A stretch of 64,000 bases of DNA, taken from contig CBFFRP010000414.1 in the NCBI GenBank assembly GCA_965644295.1, positions 1-64,000 of the forward strand, in the 5' to 3' direction. The translations under genes were made by a program, and so were the position numbers. The first letter of the stretch is position 1. Every line of letters starts with the position of its first letter. The stretch is from Paraphysomonas bandaiensis (lineage: Eukaryota; Protista; Chrysophyceae). Of the stretch, positions 63,977-64,000 are shown piece by piece. The notes beneath the pieces were generated by a model. It did not search any database and had not been told where the DNA came from. It was given only the letters and a program-made list of their open reading frames with translations.

Positions 63977-64000
63977 GTGCTCCCTGATTAAAATGAAGAA

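Overview
Gene-dense eukaryotic genomic DNA, AT-rich, with short GT-AG introns. The gene content suggests a flagellated stramenopile/SAR protist (inference). About 14 protein-coding genes are present: a soluble adenylyl cyclase (sAC/ADCY10)-like STAND protein, an FAD oxidoreductase, a TBL/PC-esterase, a peptidase C69, ABCF2, an AKR-like protein, an N-myristoylated phosphagen kinase, coronin-7, a membrane-fused COG0523/CobW GTPase, a divergent membrane-anchored Hsp70-like protein, a cellulose-synthase-like GT2 with non-canonical motifs and a 3,539-bp tandem duplication of its 3' part, an ODF3/SHIPPO-like protein, an MLO-EF-hand protein and a bromodomain-PWWP protein. Intergenic DNA holds hAT elements with 8-bp TSDs, decayed hAT transposases and MITE-like inverted repeats. 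The most notable finding is a family of at least 6 non-autonomous retroposons. Three copies have 9-13 bp TSDs. All share a ~330-bp head whose first ~90 nt fold as an HDV-like self-cleaving ribozyme resembling the trypanosome ingi/L1Tc Pr77 hallmark, and this head is joined to at least three different 3' bodies. All exon boundaries and alignments were read by eye.
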